Of a stretch of 64,000 nucleotides of DNA, positions 17,001-32,399 are shown in pieces. The first letter of the stretch is position 1; every line of letters begins with the position of its first letter. The stretch covers positions 1-64,000 of the forward strand of contig CBDBCZ010000016.1 in assembly GCA_965203295.1 (NCBI GenBank), written 5' to 3'. Source of the stretch: Nitrospirales bacterium. Lineage in GTDB: Bacteria; Nitrospirota; Nitrospiria; Nitrospirales; UBA8639. Below the pieces are notes generated by a model that was given only the letters and a program-made list of their open reading frames with translations, searched no databases and was not told the origin of the DNA. A program made the translations under genes and the position numbers.

Positions 17001-17819
17001 CACCGGCACCCTTATGTATACCCCTGTCACGTGTGTATGCCTCTTGTGCATACAGATGTCCACTTTATGTAAGCAGCTGGTTACACTAGCCTCCAACGGG
17101 CTGTCTCAGAGCACTGACATCAGCCCTGAAGCAGCTACTAGTGCTGTGACAACACTGGTGGAGGAGAACACACATCTGAAAGAGGACATTGAAAGAGTGA
17201 CTCAACAACTAGAGCAGGTTTGACTCTTACCACATGGAGTTGTGTGTTTCTTGATGCTACTCCAGTAATCTACATTTCCATACACCATGTACGCAGAAAA
17301 ACAGTGTACATATTTATTGTATACATATATACCTACATCATTCATTCATTTCTGGAGCACTGTGTTCCGCAAAAAATCAGTAACACACTGTATAAGTGTA
17401 TAAGTACGGCAAAGAAGCAGAGGTGCAGGTGTATACGCAGGAAATATGGTTAAGAATCATTGATGTTGTTGCTGGTGGTAATAGAAATACTCTCTGCATA
17501 AACAAACTGATTCATGTAGCATCATCAAACACACTTTGGGAAGTAAAGGTTCCATAGCCTGCTGCATATATATTGAGATCTACGACTGAAACATTCCTTA
17601 ATCTTTAGTATAATATACACTCCAGGCCCTATGTTATGGCAGTACTATAATTATAGTAACTACGTATACAGGCACGTATGTATTTTAGTTACTGCGTATA
17701 TGTACATATACGTATAATGTGTTTATTGCCACTTCCTGTATTTCATACAGCTGCAAGACAGTCATTCTGCTGTGCGTTCTGGAGTTCATAGTGTTGTTGA
17801 GTGCTTTCTGGGAATGAAG
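14079..17819 (+). pseudogene. Coiled-coil gene exon remnants (FHAD1-like, earlier exons), unit A
   Basis: Exons DVVEQRAR...DALIEK, LALFESESQRKDAVIAELRKEL, YVSMEEHLESFESRL*EM, LADTESQLQSATSRSSSL.KELMGKDATV, EKLTELNNDLQK, MSTLCKQLV...QQLEQ and LQDSHSAVR. Canonical splice sites; contains stop codons. Confidence 0.7.
16288..17724. repeat. Near-perfect palindrome (713-bp arms, 11-bp spacer)
   Basis: 16288-17000 is the reverse complement of 17012-17724; I saw two mismatches. ORFs 16789..16998(-) and 17014..17223(+) are identical mirror images. Confidence 0.95.
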
Positions 17820-18944
17820 GTGATGCACTTCATTGTAGTAGTAACTTGCATGTAAAAAGTTTTTAATAATATATGGTTGAACAGAAGATCTGGCTCTTTG
17901 CTAGCCAAGGGCACATTTATGAACCCAGAAAAAGTGTGAACTTTTTCTGATTCTATATTAGTACCCAAAAATCCATATGAATTCACATTGAACTATATTG
18001 GAGAAAACCTTGCCTGGTTAAGAGCCGGCTAGCTAGCTTGTAAAGTAATGAAAAGTGTGTGAATGGTGTGATTTCTATGTGATAGATACGTTTCTACCAT
18101 ACACATATTCAGTTTGTTTAAAGCAGGAGATTATTCAACCTAATTAAGTGCCTACAATTTTATAGTGGTTTCATGGTATAAACAGTTTATTTTACTGCTT
18201 CTAATTCTCTACCTTGAACATACCTACATATTTCCATAGAGTATACATGTATGAGCATACATATGCCCACTCCTATTCACAGCCTACGTAATTGAAAATT
18301 ACTGCCCTTAAAAAAGCCAATATTGTTAAACTATGTTCTGTCAAGATGACATTTTTCTATAGGCATTCTTATTGTTACAAGTATCATATGTGCTCTCATC
18401 TAAAGACCACATGCACCGTAACATACCCCACAATTAACCCCACAATTAACTGACAATTGGGGTTTGGCAACGTACTGGAGATGGGATTGGCTCTGCTATT
18501 GACTGAAGGTTAGAATCGTAAATTCCACCAGTTTTAAACAAAATTTTGAATGACTCATGAAATTTTTCATGTTTTCATGTATCAAACGAAAAGAACGGCT
18601 GGATACTAAATGTATTTTTCCCAGGCCAAAATACACATACACACATACACACATACACATGAGCTACATATATATGTAACTGAGGCTCCATGCTGCAACA
18701 CAACATGAGAGTAGGTGTTACATACTACATATAGCATCGTTCCTAGGCTCTACTTTCCAGCTTTTGTTTTCGCACGTAATAATTATTTTACTATGTGCAA
18801 AAAAAAACTGGGAAATAAGTAGATATGGTTGTCGAGAATGCATCAAAAGTGCAGAAACTGGAATGAATACGCCTATATTATACCCATAGTAATCCTGGTC
18901 ATGCTGGTCACAACAGTTGTGAATATGTAAGTATACTTCTACAG

Positions 18945-21900
18945 GTTGTCTCGTATTGAAATAGAGCACAGTAAAGCCCTCTCTGGGGCTGTGGCTGCAA
19001 TGAAACAGGATGAAGAGCAGAGGCTACTAAAGGTTGTAGAGACAACTAAACAGGAGGAGCAAGTAAGTGACATACAATCATTGTAATATGAGCATATCTC
19101 AGACTGGATATTGCATACTGAGTCATGTACAATGCAAGCGGAATGTTAATAGACGGATGCTCAGATTTGGTGTGTACGTACATGTAGATTAATGTGTGTG
19201 GCTTGCAGAACAAAAATTAATAACCAATATTAGGGAATTTTTCGGCCTTTTACAAGTCTGATTCAGAATAAGCATATCTTCTTTAGCCTAATTGTGTTTC
19301 CGAGAGTTTCTTGTACCCATGCAAGTGTTACTAGTGTTGTCCCAGTAGATCAAAGGCATTAGTGTGCTGGACAAAAGTGTTGTCACTGTTACATGTACAT
19401 GCAAACATTCTCAAAACTGCCTACCCAAACCTTAACTCAAAGCCGCTTTACTAATGTCGAGAATAGCAGTTTGGAATCTACGTATTTAGCTAGTAGCATC
19501 TTAGTCTATCGAGCTAGACCCTCCTCTATGCTTAGCTAAGCGCAGAGGAGGGTCTAGCTCAAAAGACTAGTAGCATCTAAAAAGATACTTGGCTGCTCTT
19601 CTAAAACGTGTAATGAAGCAGTAAGGGAATATGGGGTTTAAGTTGAGGTCTGGTACTAATGGTCTGAATGAAGAGTTAGGAAGATAAAAATGATGATAGG
19701 CAGTGTTGGTTATGTGGGAAAGAATGTGAGAGTGTAGTTCACGTGCTCCGACCGGCAATTCACAGGGACTGGGCACTCAATAGATTGAGGTTTTTTTTGG
19801 TCGAGTGGCTAGCCAGCCCTCTGTGATGGTATCAATAACGTCTGATCAAGTGGCTGGTGAAGTAGTGTCGACATGTTAATATCTACTTGTCTTTTATGGA
19901 TTGTATAGAATGTTCACTTATGTTACAAAGATAATTTAAATCTCAAGCCTGTTAGGCATTCCTTTTCTCATCAGGATATTCTCAGGATCATGAGCAGCCC
20001 CAACATAGTAGTATATACGTATGTATGTATCTATGTCTGTTACCAAGATGAGCAGCACTAATCCCTTCATCTTGAAGCCCTCTAACTTGGTTGGCCATGA
20101 TGCTAGTGTGTGTGTGTGGTGATGGCTGATACGTATACCTTTTTTCCATTATGAAAGGAGAAAACAGGCTTTTACTCCCCCAATGGACTGGATGATTGGT
20201 GTGTTGTTGCCCTTGATCATAGTGTTTATCCACAACTGGGCCAAAGTGCTTTACTAGTGATCCTAGTAGTTTATGTATATGGACAATCTTCATTCTCACC
20301 CTACCTGCCACGCTAGAATTTTTCCATCTCAAAGCAAGGATCTCTCCTGGCAGGCTGCTGGTGAATCACAGCTACACTAAATTGACACAGTATCCAGGAC
20401 CATAGTCAGCTGATATGTGATACTTAGTCTACAATGAAAATGGCACTTCCCAAACAATTGAGTGCAACCTTGAGAATGGAATGTAGTGCATATGGGTGCA
20501 CTCATTCCCTGGTTCAACTCCGCTGTTTTTATTCACATACATGTAGCTAGTAAAACAGCACCATTTGGCATTCTGTAACCCACAGCAGCTGGGGTGGAGG
20601 CCAGGAACGAAGCTACGTAGGAATGTCCTTTTTTTAGTAGACAGTGTCAAAATAGTACAGGTATTTCCTCTTATATTAAGGGGAGAAAAGAGTGTAGGGA
20701 TACACAGTCAAGGGGTTACTTTTTAGAGAGTGTAATCTTCTTCTAAACCCCTTCCCAATTACCTGCCTGCAATAGCCAAATACTACATGTAATAGTAAGT
20801 CTGTGTACCATTCCCAGACCAGTAGTTCTTATATCTCGTGTGCCCAGACCTACTAATTATAATCACAAGTGCTACGGATACAAACCTGCTGTCTATGAGC
20901 TTCATCCACATGTAGTTGTGATTAGCAATCTGCCACATTTCAATATATTTATTGCTGTATAATTAACCTATAGAAGAACTCAGTTTTAGAGTTACTGTTG
21001 TATGCAATGCAGGAGATGTATCAAAAGCAATTAGAAGAAAATGAAGATTCAACTGGAGCATGACAAGGACGTTTCTCTGGAGGAAGAAAAGAGAATTACA
21101 GCTACTGTGATGGAGGAGCTGGAACAAGTAAAACAGGTACAACACAGCTCATAGTATGTGCAGACAAACACCGGCCTGCACTACTGCATATTAACCTGGA
21201 GTGCATGACCTCTCCCAATATCATTATACAAGGCAAGAACATTCGTGAAGTAAATAGTTTAGGCTGTACATAGTTATGTATGCAATTTTCCTAGTAGCTG
21301 TCTACTACTGCAGCTATTTATCCCAATATTTAGTGAAGATTAATACTGCATTTCACTTCCAGGATAAGGAAGAAATGGAATTGGAATGTGAGGAGAGGAA
21401 GGCTCTTCAACTGAAGCTGGTAAGCCACATCTACCTTTGAGTATATCACTTCTGTCTCAGTAATGACTGCAATCAGCACAACTGTGCGTGTTTCTCAACT
21501 TGTAGTGTGTACCATTCTTTACTTAAAAGGCTTCTTCATTAAGACTAGGTGGTTGGAGCTAGTAACTTTGAAATAGAATTAATGCTAACTAGAGGTCTTC
21601 AAGAAGACATACCCCGCGCTGAATACTGAGACATAGGGCTAGCTGTGAATTACAGTCAATATTCCAATGGTTTTACAGTAGTGTCTGCACGTAGCTACGT
21701 TTTTATGCACTACTAATTCAGTATCCAGAGTGTCTGGAACTACATGTACGTGTACTACAGCTTCTGTTATTTTGTTCACTATGTAATGTCAGTAATGACA
21801 GGACTCTTCAACAACAATGAGCATATGTACATGCCGCAAGATACAGAGTGATAGACGTAAACAGTTACGTACTTGTAGAAGCTGTGGGCATATATCTATT

Positions 21901-23191
21901 CTCATGTATGGGTCGACACTTAATTACGTGTATATGATAATTATAATAATAGTGCGCAAGCCCTTTGACCTGTCCCTAGTGGTACAGACATGCGGAAGTT
22001 GGCGAGAGTAACTGAAGTTTGAGGTTTATCACAAGCTGTATTACTTTGGAGAGACACTCAAGATCTGGTGTATGATTTAACCTTCCGTCTCAGTCTATGA
22101 AACTGGCCTCCGATAGTCACTTGGTCTTGTCACGAGACTAGTCCTCTAAACGATTGATGTCACAATAACACAATCACATATTTGGATCTGCCCAGCAAGC
22201 TGTAGGTGTGTCCCATTGCTGTATTAGCCTACACTGATAATCAGAAAAAATAAAGGCTACAGAAAATAGAATTACTTTGTGCTTTACCAGATGTATACAA
22301 GCTAAAGTATGAAGAATTTATTAAGTTAATTCATGCTTTGAAATCATATACATGTAGCCTCTAAATCGCATATCATGAAGATATTTTAATATTTTTATGA
22401 CAGACGGATGGACAAAACCAATTGCTTAACCCCCACTTGTGCATGTTTGGCGCAGGGTATTATTATTTCCATACATGACAGGGTATATAAGCTTGCACAT
22501 TATGCATCCTGGACTTACATTTATTTCAAAGCTGCGTAATAGACACCCACTCTGACTAAATGTGACATAATACGTAATATATCACCTGACAATGCCATTT
22601 TATTCGTGCTACAGTGCACTTTAACATGTACGTACTAAGTGCACTTATTAACCAACCAAGTGTTTCCACACAGGAGAATCTGGAGGAAAGTCTGAGAGAA
22701 CTTGCAGTGAGCAAATCAGAAGCTCTTGACGTTGCTGAGATGCAAAAGATTACATTAAAAGAAAAATTGCCTGCGGAAATTGCTTGCTATGAGGTAAGCA
22801 GTGTACCGGTATCATGTATGTGTACTTGTAGTGTGAATAGAAAAGGTGTGCAATGTCCAATCTAACTGCACAATTTAACAACTGATTGGAAAACAGAGTT
22901 GTTGTTGGTGGCAGCTGTTTGTTGACACGGGTCAAAATCATGGACGGTATCTTTCCATTGGTAAAGTCATGTACATACATACTTTTTCATATTGTGGTCA
23001 GGATGGTCTACATGTGCAGGAACAGTCTGACCAGTATGCAGTCACTATAGCTGCAATGGAAGAAAAGCTGCTGACCCTAATGAAGAAGTCCCAACTGTTA
23101 GAAAAGAAGAATGAGAGCCTGTAACAGTAAATGGCTTTGCATCAGCAAGTAGCCAGTAATTCAGAAAAGAGAGGCACTGCTACATGTACAG
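18945..23191 (+). pseudogene. Coiled-coil gene exon remnants (later exons), unit B
   Basis: Same exons as 4571-8276, plus an extra exon at about 21013-21136 (EMYQKQLEE, frameshift, MKIQLEHDKDVSLEEEKRITATVMEELEQVKQ) that is deleted in unit A. Confidence 0.7.
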
Positions 23192-23648
23192 GTAATAATG
23201 AATGTATACACATCTATGGGTACCAATACAGACATTCATTGCTGTATGGATACTTGAATCTAACGCTCCATTTTGTGTTCATGATCATGGACGATTGATC
23301 CTTGCACACGTGTAGGTATGTTCATACAGAGCACTGCCCAGAGTTGTGACCTTAGACAAACATTCTGTTTTCAACTTGGGTCATTTGTGGTGCACGTACG
23401 CGTAGCTTGCTATGCATGTTTTAATTTAATACGTGAAAAATCTCCCAGATACAGCAATACATGTACATGTAATAAAGGCCTAACTAGTTCCGCTACCTTA
23501 GCTAGGTAGCTCAGATTGGGTTATGAGGTGACCATGGATCTGAGTCCAGATAACATGTACATGTACAGATGAGTGGGGGTTTACAAGAAATTACTTCGAA
23601 ATTCTCTTGGGGGCATACTCCCCCCCCCCCCCCCCCCGTATGAAAGCC

Positions 23649-23763
<115 letters not shown>

Positions 23764-26700
23764 CGTGTGTGTGTGCGTGTTGTGTGAAAAATCACAATTT
23801 TCGTTAAATAGAAGAAAATATAAGTTAAATATCACGGTTATACTTAAATACTTAGTCTAATATCACATTAAAAAGCCAAACTTGTCAACCTGTTGAATAC
23901 AATTTTATCTACACATCATCAGCTTAATCGCAACAGTTTATTTTGCTTGTAAAACTGTTTGAAGTGTTCCCGTGAAAAAGCATCCCTGTTTTTAGTGTAT
24001 CCTGGATGGGTATCAGTGATGGGGCCAGAGTGTGGGTGGGGCTTTAACAGATGAATAAATTTTGCATTCTAGCTACAAATGTTAAATTTATGCATTATTA
24101 AGCAGAGGGCATGGTGTATATTTGTTCCGCGCAATCTAGGAATTTGCGTAATCTCGAGATTGCGTTGTGCACTCTCAGAATCCTGAAATTGCGTTCCAAG
24201 CTACTCAAGATTTAGAATGGACACATTTATGCTCCTAGTGCATGCTTGTGCAGTTCATGCAATTTCCAGTTGGGTTAGACTACTGTGGTTCTCTTTAATT
24301 GATGATGTGGGGATATCAACTTTGGCTACCACATTTGGGTTTTGATGGCTCCAGATTGCATGCAAATTAACATTTCTTGGGGAGTATACGTATGGCTGAG
24401 ACTGCCAATGCATGCATGCATCGATCGTTGCCCCGACCCCACAACAGCACAGCCACCCCCTACAAAGAACACGTAATCCTGGGGTGTAGTACTGACCTTC
24501 ATCTGTGAGCACTATACATATACATGCACCTAGACGAGCCCATGCTTATGAACAGCTCTGGTATGTGTACCTGAGAAAGTATAGCGGCCTGACAAAACTA
24601 TTGGTGTGGCGTATGTGTATGAATGACTCTATATAAGTCGAAGGGACAAACAATTTGGAACAAGTTCTCACATTATTACACTAACTAAATCCCTACTGTT
24701 GGGTTTAGCAATCACTTCTTGTAAATTGGACTGCTGGACAGACAGACAGACACAGACAGACAGATAGACGGACAGACCCAATTGCTTAACCCTGCCACAC
24801 GCATGTGGGGTAATGACCATTCTCCACCCAGTTAAGCTGTATTGATCACAAAACGCTGCATCACGTGAGGTTATTGCACTGCTTTCGATTGAGTATAAAG
24901 CAGCTACATGTAGTTGAACATCTTCTAAAAACACCAACTACATGTACATTGAATATGCCTATATGTCTTTGATGAGTATTTCATTCACTAAGTACTCAGA
25001 TAAGTACTGAGTGACTGATTTTTCTTTCCAAACCGAATATCCACTACAGTGTTCATTGCATCCTGTCACCATAACCCAGCGTCTCAATGACCAAATTACA
25101 GAGTCGTCACTGATAGATTAGGCAAACAGTCCAGTATTCAGTGAGCCTGATTCCTCCTCAAGATTGTATTAGCTTGTTGGTGCATGCTTGACAATGTACG
25201 TATTATACTTGAGTGAGCACACTGGCAAGGTTCCCTTTCAGCTGAGTGGGTGGGTTACAATTTACAAACTGTGTGGGGTCCTATGCTCAAGCGCTTACAC
25301 CCTTTGTATGGTATGTTATACTTTTCATGTGGGTATCCAACTGAATGAAAGCCACTGAAATGTCACTGCAACTATGAATTTGTCTAGTGGTTCATGCGCT
25401 TCTGACGTCAAGAAAGATTCCTGAGAAAGATTCCTGCATCAATGTACCACATACAGCATTATTTAGCAACACTACATGGTACTGTAGCAGATGTGAGTAG
25501 TATATTTGCAGATATTCAGTTAAATTGCTAACTAATTAAAGGTTTAACTAGAGATACGTACACGCAGTATAATGCCTCGCGCACGAGCATTCAGTAGGTG
25601 TGGTTTGGTTGCACGTGTTTACAATGTGTGAGAATTTGACAGATAGAAAGGAGAGGTAGCTAAACGTGCATGAGAATTCGGCGAGTTCATCCTTCTCCAA
25701 CGGTGGAAATTAACGCGGTGCATGGTTTCTCCAGCGAAAAAGAGCAACTGTTGTTAGCTAAAAAGCGCACGCACCTCTGGTCTTTTAGCTTCGATTTTGT
25801 ATGCCGCTCGTTGCTTTCTATTGCGTAGTGTAGCAAGATGCCTAGCCCTTTCCCCACTCGTCTCGCCAACGTTGTCGGACTCCGTGACTCGACTTTAGCC
25901 GACGCGACACGCCGGCCACGCCATGCGCAGCACGCAGTATAATTGCATTCCTAAGCGTGATACGTACATGCATTTATAATATGTTCCGCGCGAACCAGGA
26001 ATTTGCGCAATCCTAGAATTGCGCAATGCAAACTAGAAGTCCATACTTTGCCGCGCAATCCCAGGATTGCGCAGCCAATTCCACTTTTACGCACATGAGA
26101 TATTGACACTGGCAAGCCATCAGTTTCATTCATCCGTCTTTATTGCAAACTGTAGATTGCCAGAATAATTTGACAATGTGACAAATGGTTTCATTACAAA
26201 TTTAATGTGTTGGTTTTAACAAATATAATAGCAGACTATCAATAGTTGGCGATTGGTTTTGTAACCACTGCCAGTAGTTTTTGCTTTCTGCACTTGACTC
26301 TTTGTTTATCCCTTTGCTGTCTATACTTTGACGCTTCATGCACTTCATATCAAAATTCGAACTTTGTACGAACGAATTTAGTCTACGCAATGCAGGGTTT
26401 GCGCAACGTATTTTAACTTTGCGCGAAAAACTGCGCAATGCTGGGATTGCGTGCCAAAGTACGGATTCCTACTTTGCGCAGCGCAATCCTAAGTTTGCGC
26501 AACTTCCTGGTTTGCGCGGAAATTATATATTATACAAACGCTTGCTGAGATGCATTGCAGGATTAGTTTCCTCGCGCTAAGGCGCTCGGCAATAATAACT
26601 ATGCCATACTACATCCAAAGGGACCAAAATTGGGCCAATTCTGCTGGAAGATGTAGCTGGGGGGGTGGGGGGGGGGGGGGTCAATTTTCCAATGGTCCTT

Positions 26701-28168
26701 GGACCATTTCTTCCAGGACCAAGATGCCAGACACATCTGGATTTTGTTGGAACTATATTATATAGGAAACCAGTTAGCCGCTATAAATTTCTTTCTACAT
26801 GTATTATATATTTGAGAGGGGGATCAGTGTGCAACTTGCTGTGTGGGTATAGATTTCTCTAACGTCAGCTTAAGCTTCAGTCATACCATAGCCAACTCTT
26901 GTATCATGAGTTGCCTCCTTTCAAACAATTCACAGCAGACAAGTACAAGCTAACTGTATAAATATGATTCTGCTATTGCAGGTCAATGTAACTTCATTGA
27001 TGTTTTTCAACTACCATGACCACAAATGGAGATAAGGTGCCTCACAGCAGCAGTGCTTTATCCTGCAGCTCCATGCAGAAGCAGTATCCCTACGACACAG
27101 GTGTCAATTTTTAAGAAGTACAGTTTTGTTCAATATGCATGTATGCACAGTGTGTATTACATGTACATCGCAAACTCTTCAGCTTTCAGCTGAGCTACTT
27201 GCTATGTACGTGTACAAGTAGATGTAGCTGTAGACATGTCCATGTACATGTCAATTCTATATTGGAGGGTGAATTAATTGCGAGAGTTTGTCACAGAAAC
27301 GTGTATGTAGTGTGTAAACACTGTGCAAGTCAGACCACCTCTAAAGATATGGACAGGATCTCCAAATTGTGTGCAACTGCTAGCAACATTACAATATTGC
27401 CAGAGTAGTGGCTCTTGAGTGGTCAGCTAGCATAGAGTGATAAGTGTGGCTAGGCCTTAGTGTGAGATCATTATGGAGTATGTTGCAGAGCAGACCTGCA
27501 CATCTGAACAGTTTATTAAACCCAATCAGTTATCACTGTCTTTGGCTTTACTTTACTTTAACTGTCTATAACACGACTACTGCTAACACATACCAGTGAC
27601 TATCACCTTTTAACAATATCCTTAATCACAGTCTGTTACGCATGCCTATGCATGTACGTATTGGCAACTGCCGTCAGCCAGTGATATGTATTTTTTAGAT
27701 GCAGTTGCTATCAGAGAAGCAGCCTCAAGCAACGTATTTCCTTCTTCTTTTTCGTTTAGCCCATTTCAATACAACTGTATCAGATCCCAGTTCTCCACAC
27801 CAAGGAAGGAATAGGCACGATAGGGTCGATTTGTTGGAATGTAAGTCTGCACTATTGGTTTCATTTGAGTCAGACATTCAATACCATTATTCTAGATCTG
27901 TGGTACATAAATTATTGGAAAGCAGAGCAGAAATATTGTAGAGACTGCGTATAGCTCTGAACTAACCCTGTCAAGGCTGCATGGGCATCATGCATATGAA
28001 ACACACACACAAATTTTTCATCTTTAGCTTGTATAGACTTTACTAGTTTGGGTTACTCTCTGCTGCAGACTATATAATCGTTTCATGTTTAACTGTTCAT
28101 GTTACATGTAGTTGTGGTGCTTTCACAGTTAGTTTCAAAGTAATGTATACAATGTTTTGCATACGTAG

Positions 28169-31100
28169 CTATGTTTCTATGGAGGAGCCCCTGGAATCAT
28201 TTGAAAATCTTTTGCAAGAAATGATATCTGGTGTAGAAATGCTGAAGAAACAGGTCTGTATCACTTCAAACTGCCAGTATAAACCTGTATGTATGTACGT
28301 ACTTACGTACATGTATGTATGTTAATTACACATTTGGTCAACAGCATGGGCAGGTGCATGTTGAAACTTACTTGCATACAAAGCACGTGGCATACTACTT
28401 TCTACTGTAGACCACACGTTTATCCAGAAAGGAGAGTCTTGTCTACAGTACCATTCATACACTGCTATACATGCAGTATGTTAGAGCAAGTATGACTGTC
28501 TCATATTACGTCTACACTGCTGTACATGCAGCATGTATGACTGTCATGTGATGTGGCTCAGCTTTAATGTGAAACGTGCTACGCAACATGCTTCCTTGGC
28601 AGTATTCTATTACCATAAGAGTGTATGGAACTTGTGAATTGTTATCTTTATCAGCTAGCTGACACTGAGAGCCAACTGCAGTCTGCTACTAGCCGTAGCT
28701 CTTCACTCCGAAAAGAGCTGATGGGCAAGGATGCCACTGTGATTTCACTGACTCAGGAAAACCGGAGATTACAGGAGGAGAGCAAACTTTCTGCAAGGCG
28801 CTCCTCTCAACTGAAACAAGAGTGTAGAGAAAGACGTACATCTTATTAATGCTTCCCTTCAAAAGCAGGTCAGCATCATGTGCACTGTATACATATGTGT
28901 GTCATGTACATAACATTGGGTATGGTTATTCTGTGCACATACAGCTCTTGTATGCATGTATGTCTATGTTTGGACTAGGGCAGTGTACATGTTCACACCT
29001 TCCGGATTTTAAAGGTATTGTTAACTTGAAGGCCTGGTACTCAGGCAAAAACCTGGGACTATTTATTTGAATTATAAGTGCCCTGTTATGCTTACCAGAA
29101 GATTGTGTTAGCAGTAAAGAAGCTACTTTACTGTATCATACCTCCTAAAACCAGAGCCCAGCTGGGAGTTGAACCCAGGACCTTCTGATTGTTAGTCAAT
29201 AGGCAAGTTTTATACTAAACCCGCTAGAAGCACTCGCCAATATGACCTGCCAATTCTAACTGTAATTACTCTCTTAAGATAGTATCATGCAGCACCCATG
29301 TATGTGTTGCTGCTCTCTTCTGTTATTGTTTCATGTTGCATGCATACTACAGGTGAGAAGTTGACAGAACTAAATAATGATCTTCAAAAGGTAAATGTGT
29401 AGAAAGTAACTGTCAATTATTGGAGTATGGAGAAACAGGATGTTCAAATCATATGTAGTATTCTGAATCACTACGATGCACACTTAGTAATACATTTACT
29501 ATGCTTTCAACACTTGATATGTTGTGATTCACTCTCACTTGCGTCAGTGAGTATGTTTTGAGCTTGTGAAGTACAGTAGAACGGTAGTGCAATTTCACCG
29601 GTTTCCAAAGCTATACTTCCAGCTGCTGCGGTGCATATGTATATGTGTGGGTGTTCAAACTTACGTAACAATAGATGTTAGATTTATGTACTGACATATT
29701 TTTAATACATACAAGACATGATTTTGCGAATGATAAGCTGATATTCAGCTTCCTGTTCTTTAGAGATTAAAACAAAGCCAAGCTAATGAAGAGAAGCTCA
29801 GCGCTAATGAATGAAAGAGGAAATCTGAACTTACCAAGAAGAGAAAAGATAATGCAACTGCTAAACAGGTAAGTAGTATTAAATTGAAACCACATGGCTG
29901 TTTTGCAGGTTTATCGTTCATGTATGCAACACTGTCAAGCTCTCATCTTCTCTTTAGGTTGCCAGCTTCAATCACAAGATTTTTTAGAAGACCAAGTTTC
30001 TGAAGCAAAAGAGAGAGAGAGTAACCGTACTTGATAATGCGAAACATAAAGGTACACATGCGAATATCCTTTTGTAAAATACTCTAATGTACTAGGCCGG
30101 GTTACGTATATCATATAACATTGATCGGTCGTTGGATAACAGTATGAATATGTACTCACCAACTGCTTTCAGGCTATGTTTGTCCATTACGAGGTGAGAA
30201 ACATGTTGACCTCCAGTATTAATAGAATGAAGAAATATACTGTATGACAGCTTTTCAATCTCATGAATCACTACTGAGAGCCACAGTCATGCCCAATGCT
30301 ACATGGTGTGAGATTATATCGCAGGCTGGCTGCTTGAGAATAACTTGTTTATGCTATGCATATGTCATTGTGTATGGGTGCCGGTGTTATGTATACCCCT
30401 GTCGCGTGTGTATGCCTCTTGTGCATACAGATGTCCACTTTATGTGAGCAGCTGGTTACACTAGCCTCCAACGGGCTGTCTCAGAGCACTGACATCAGCC
30501 CTGAAGCAGCTACTAGTGCTGTGACAACACTGGTGGAGGAGAACACACATCTGAAAGAGGACATTGAAAGAGTGACTCAACAACTGGGGCAGGTTTGACT
30601 CTTGCCACATGGAGTTGTGTGTTTCTTGATGCTACTCCAGTAATCTACATTTCCTTACACCATGTACGCAGAAAAACAGTGTACATATTTATTGTATACA
30701 TATATACCTACATCATTCATTCATTTCTGGAGCACTGTGTTCTGCAAAAAATCAGTAACACACTGTATAAGTGTATAAGTACGGCAAAGAAGCTGAGGTG
30801 CAGGTGTATAACGCAGGAAATATGGTTAAGAATCATTGATGTTGTTGCTGGTGGTAATAGAAATACTCTCTGCATAAACAAACTGATTCATGTAGCATCA
30901 TCGAACACACTTTGGGAAGTAAAGGTTCCATAGCCTGCTGCATATATATTGAGATCTACGACTGAAATATTCCTTAATCTTTAGTATAATATACACCCAG
31001 GCCCTATGTTATGGCAGTACTATAATTATAGTAACTACGTATACAGGCACGTATGTATTTTAGTTACTGCGTATATGTACATATACGTTTAATGTGTTTA

Positions 31101-31194
31101 TTGCCACTTCCTGTATTTCATACAGCTGCAAGCCAGTCATTCTGCTGTGCGTTCTGGAGTTCATTGTGTTGTTGAGTGCTTTCTGGGAATGAAG
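28169..31194 (+). pseudogene. Coiled-coil gene exon remnants (earlier exons), unit B
   Basis: Same exons as 14943-17819, plus two exons at about 29764-29868 (RLKQSQANEEKLSANE*KRK...) and 29958-30050 that unit A lacks. Confidence 0.7.
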
Positions 31195-32399
31195 GTGATG
31201 CACTTCATTGTAGTAGTAACTTGCATGTAAAAAGTTTTTAATAATATATGGTTGAACAGAAGATCTGGCTCTTTGCTAGCCAAGGGCACATTTATGAATC
31301 CAGAAAAAGTGTGAACTTTTTCTGATTCTATAATAGTACCCAAAAATCCATATAAATTCACATTGAACTATATTGGAGAAAACCTTGCCTGGTTAAGAGC
31401 CGGCTAGCTAGCTTGTAAAGTAATGAAAAGTGTGTGAATGGTGAGATTTGTATGTGATAGATACGTTGCTACCATACACATATTCAGTTTATTTAAAGCA
31501 GGAGATTATTCAACCTAATTAAGTGCCTATAATTTTATAGTGGTTTCATGGTATAAACAGTTTATTTTACTGCTTCTAATTCTCTACCTTGAACATGCGT
31601 ACATATTTCCATAAAGTATACATGTATGAGCATACGTACATATGCCCACTGCTATTCACAGCTTACATAATCGAAAATTACTGCCCTACAATTTTTTTAA
31701 AGCCAATATTGTTAAACTATGTCCTGTCAAGATGACATCTTTCTATAGGCATTCTTATTGTTACAAGTATCATATGTGCTCTCATCTAATAACCACATGC
31801 ACAGTAACATACCCCACAATTAACCCCACAATTAACTGACAATTGGGGTTTGGCAACGTACTGGAGATGGGATTGGCTCTGCTATTGACTGAAGGTTAGA
31901 ATCATAAATTCCACCAGTTTTAAACAAATTTTGAATGACACATGAAATTTTTCATGTTTTCATGTATCAAACGAAAAGAACAGCTGGATACTAAATGTAT
32001 TGTTCCCAGGCCAAAATACACATACACACATACACATGAGCTTATGCTTGTGTCATTACATTAGTAGCACTTAAAACTGTCTATTGCATTATTTATAGTT
32101 ACTACTATAGTAAGTATAATATTATTATTATATAATAATATTATAGCAAATTATTGTTACTGCATGTCCTTTATAATTATGTAAGAATGCTGGAATAATA
32201 ATCATTCACTGCATGTCCAAAGTATTCTGTTGCAGGATGTGTTCAAGGGAGTAGATTATTCCACGAATGATTGAATAAACATCTATAACAACACATAATA
32301 ATAATCTTTAGTATAGCTGCATGTTCGGTATAATATTACAAGGTGACAAGGATATCAACAAAGTATAGGGAACATATAATATTATGGCATTATACGGCT

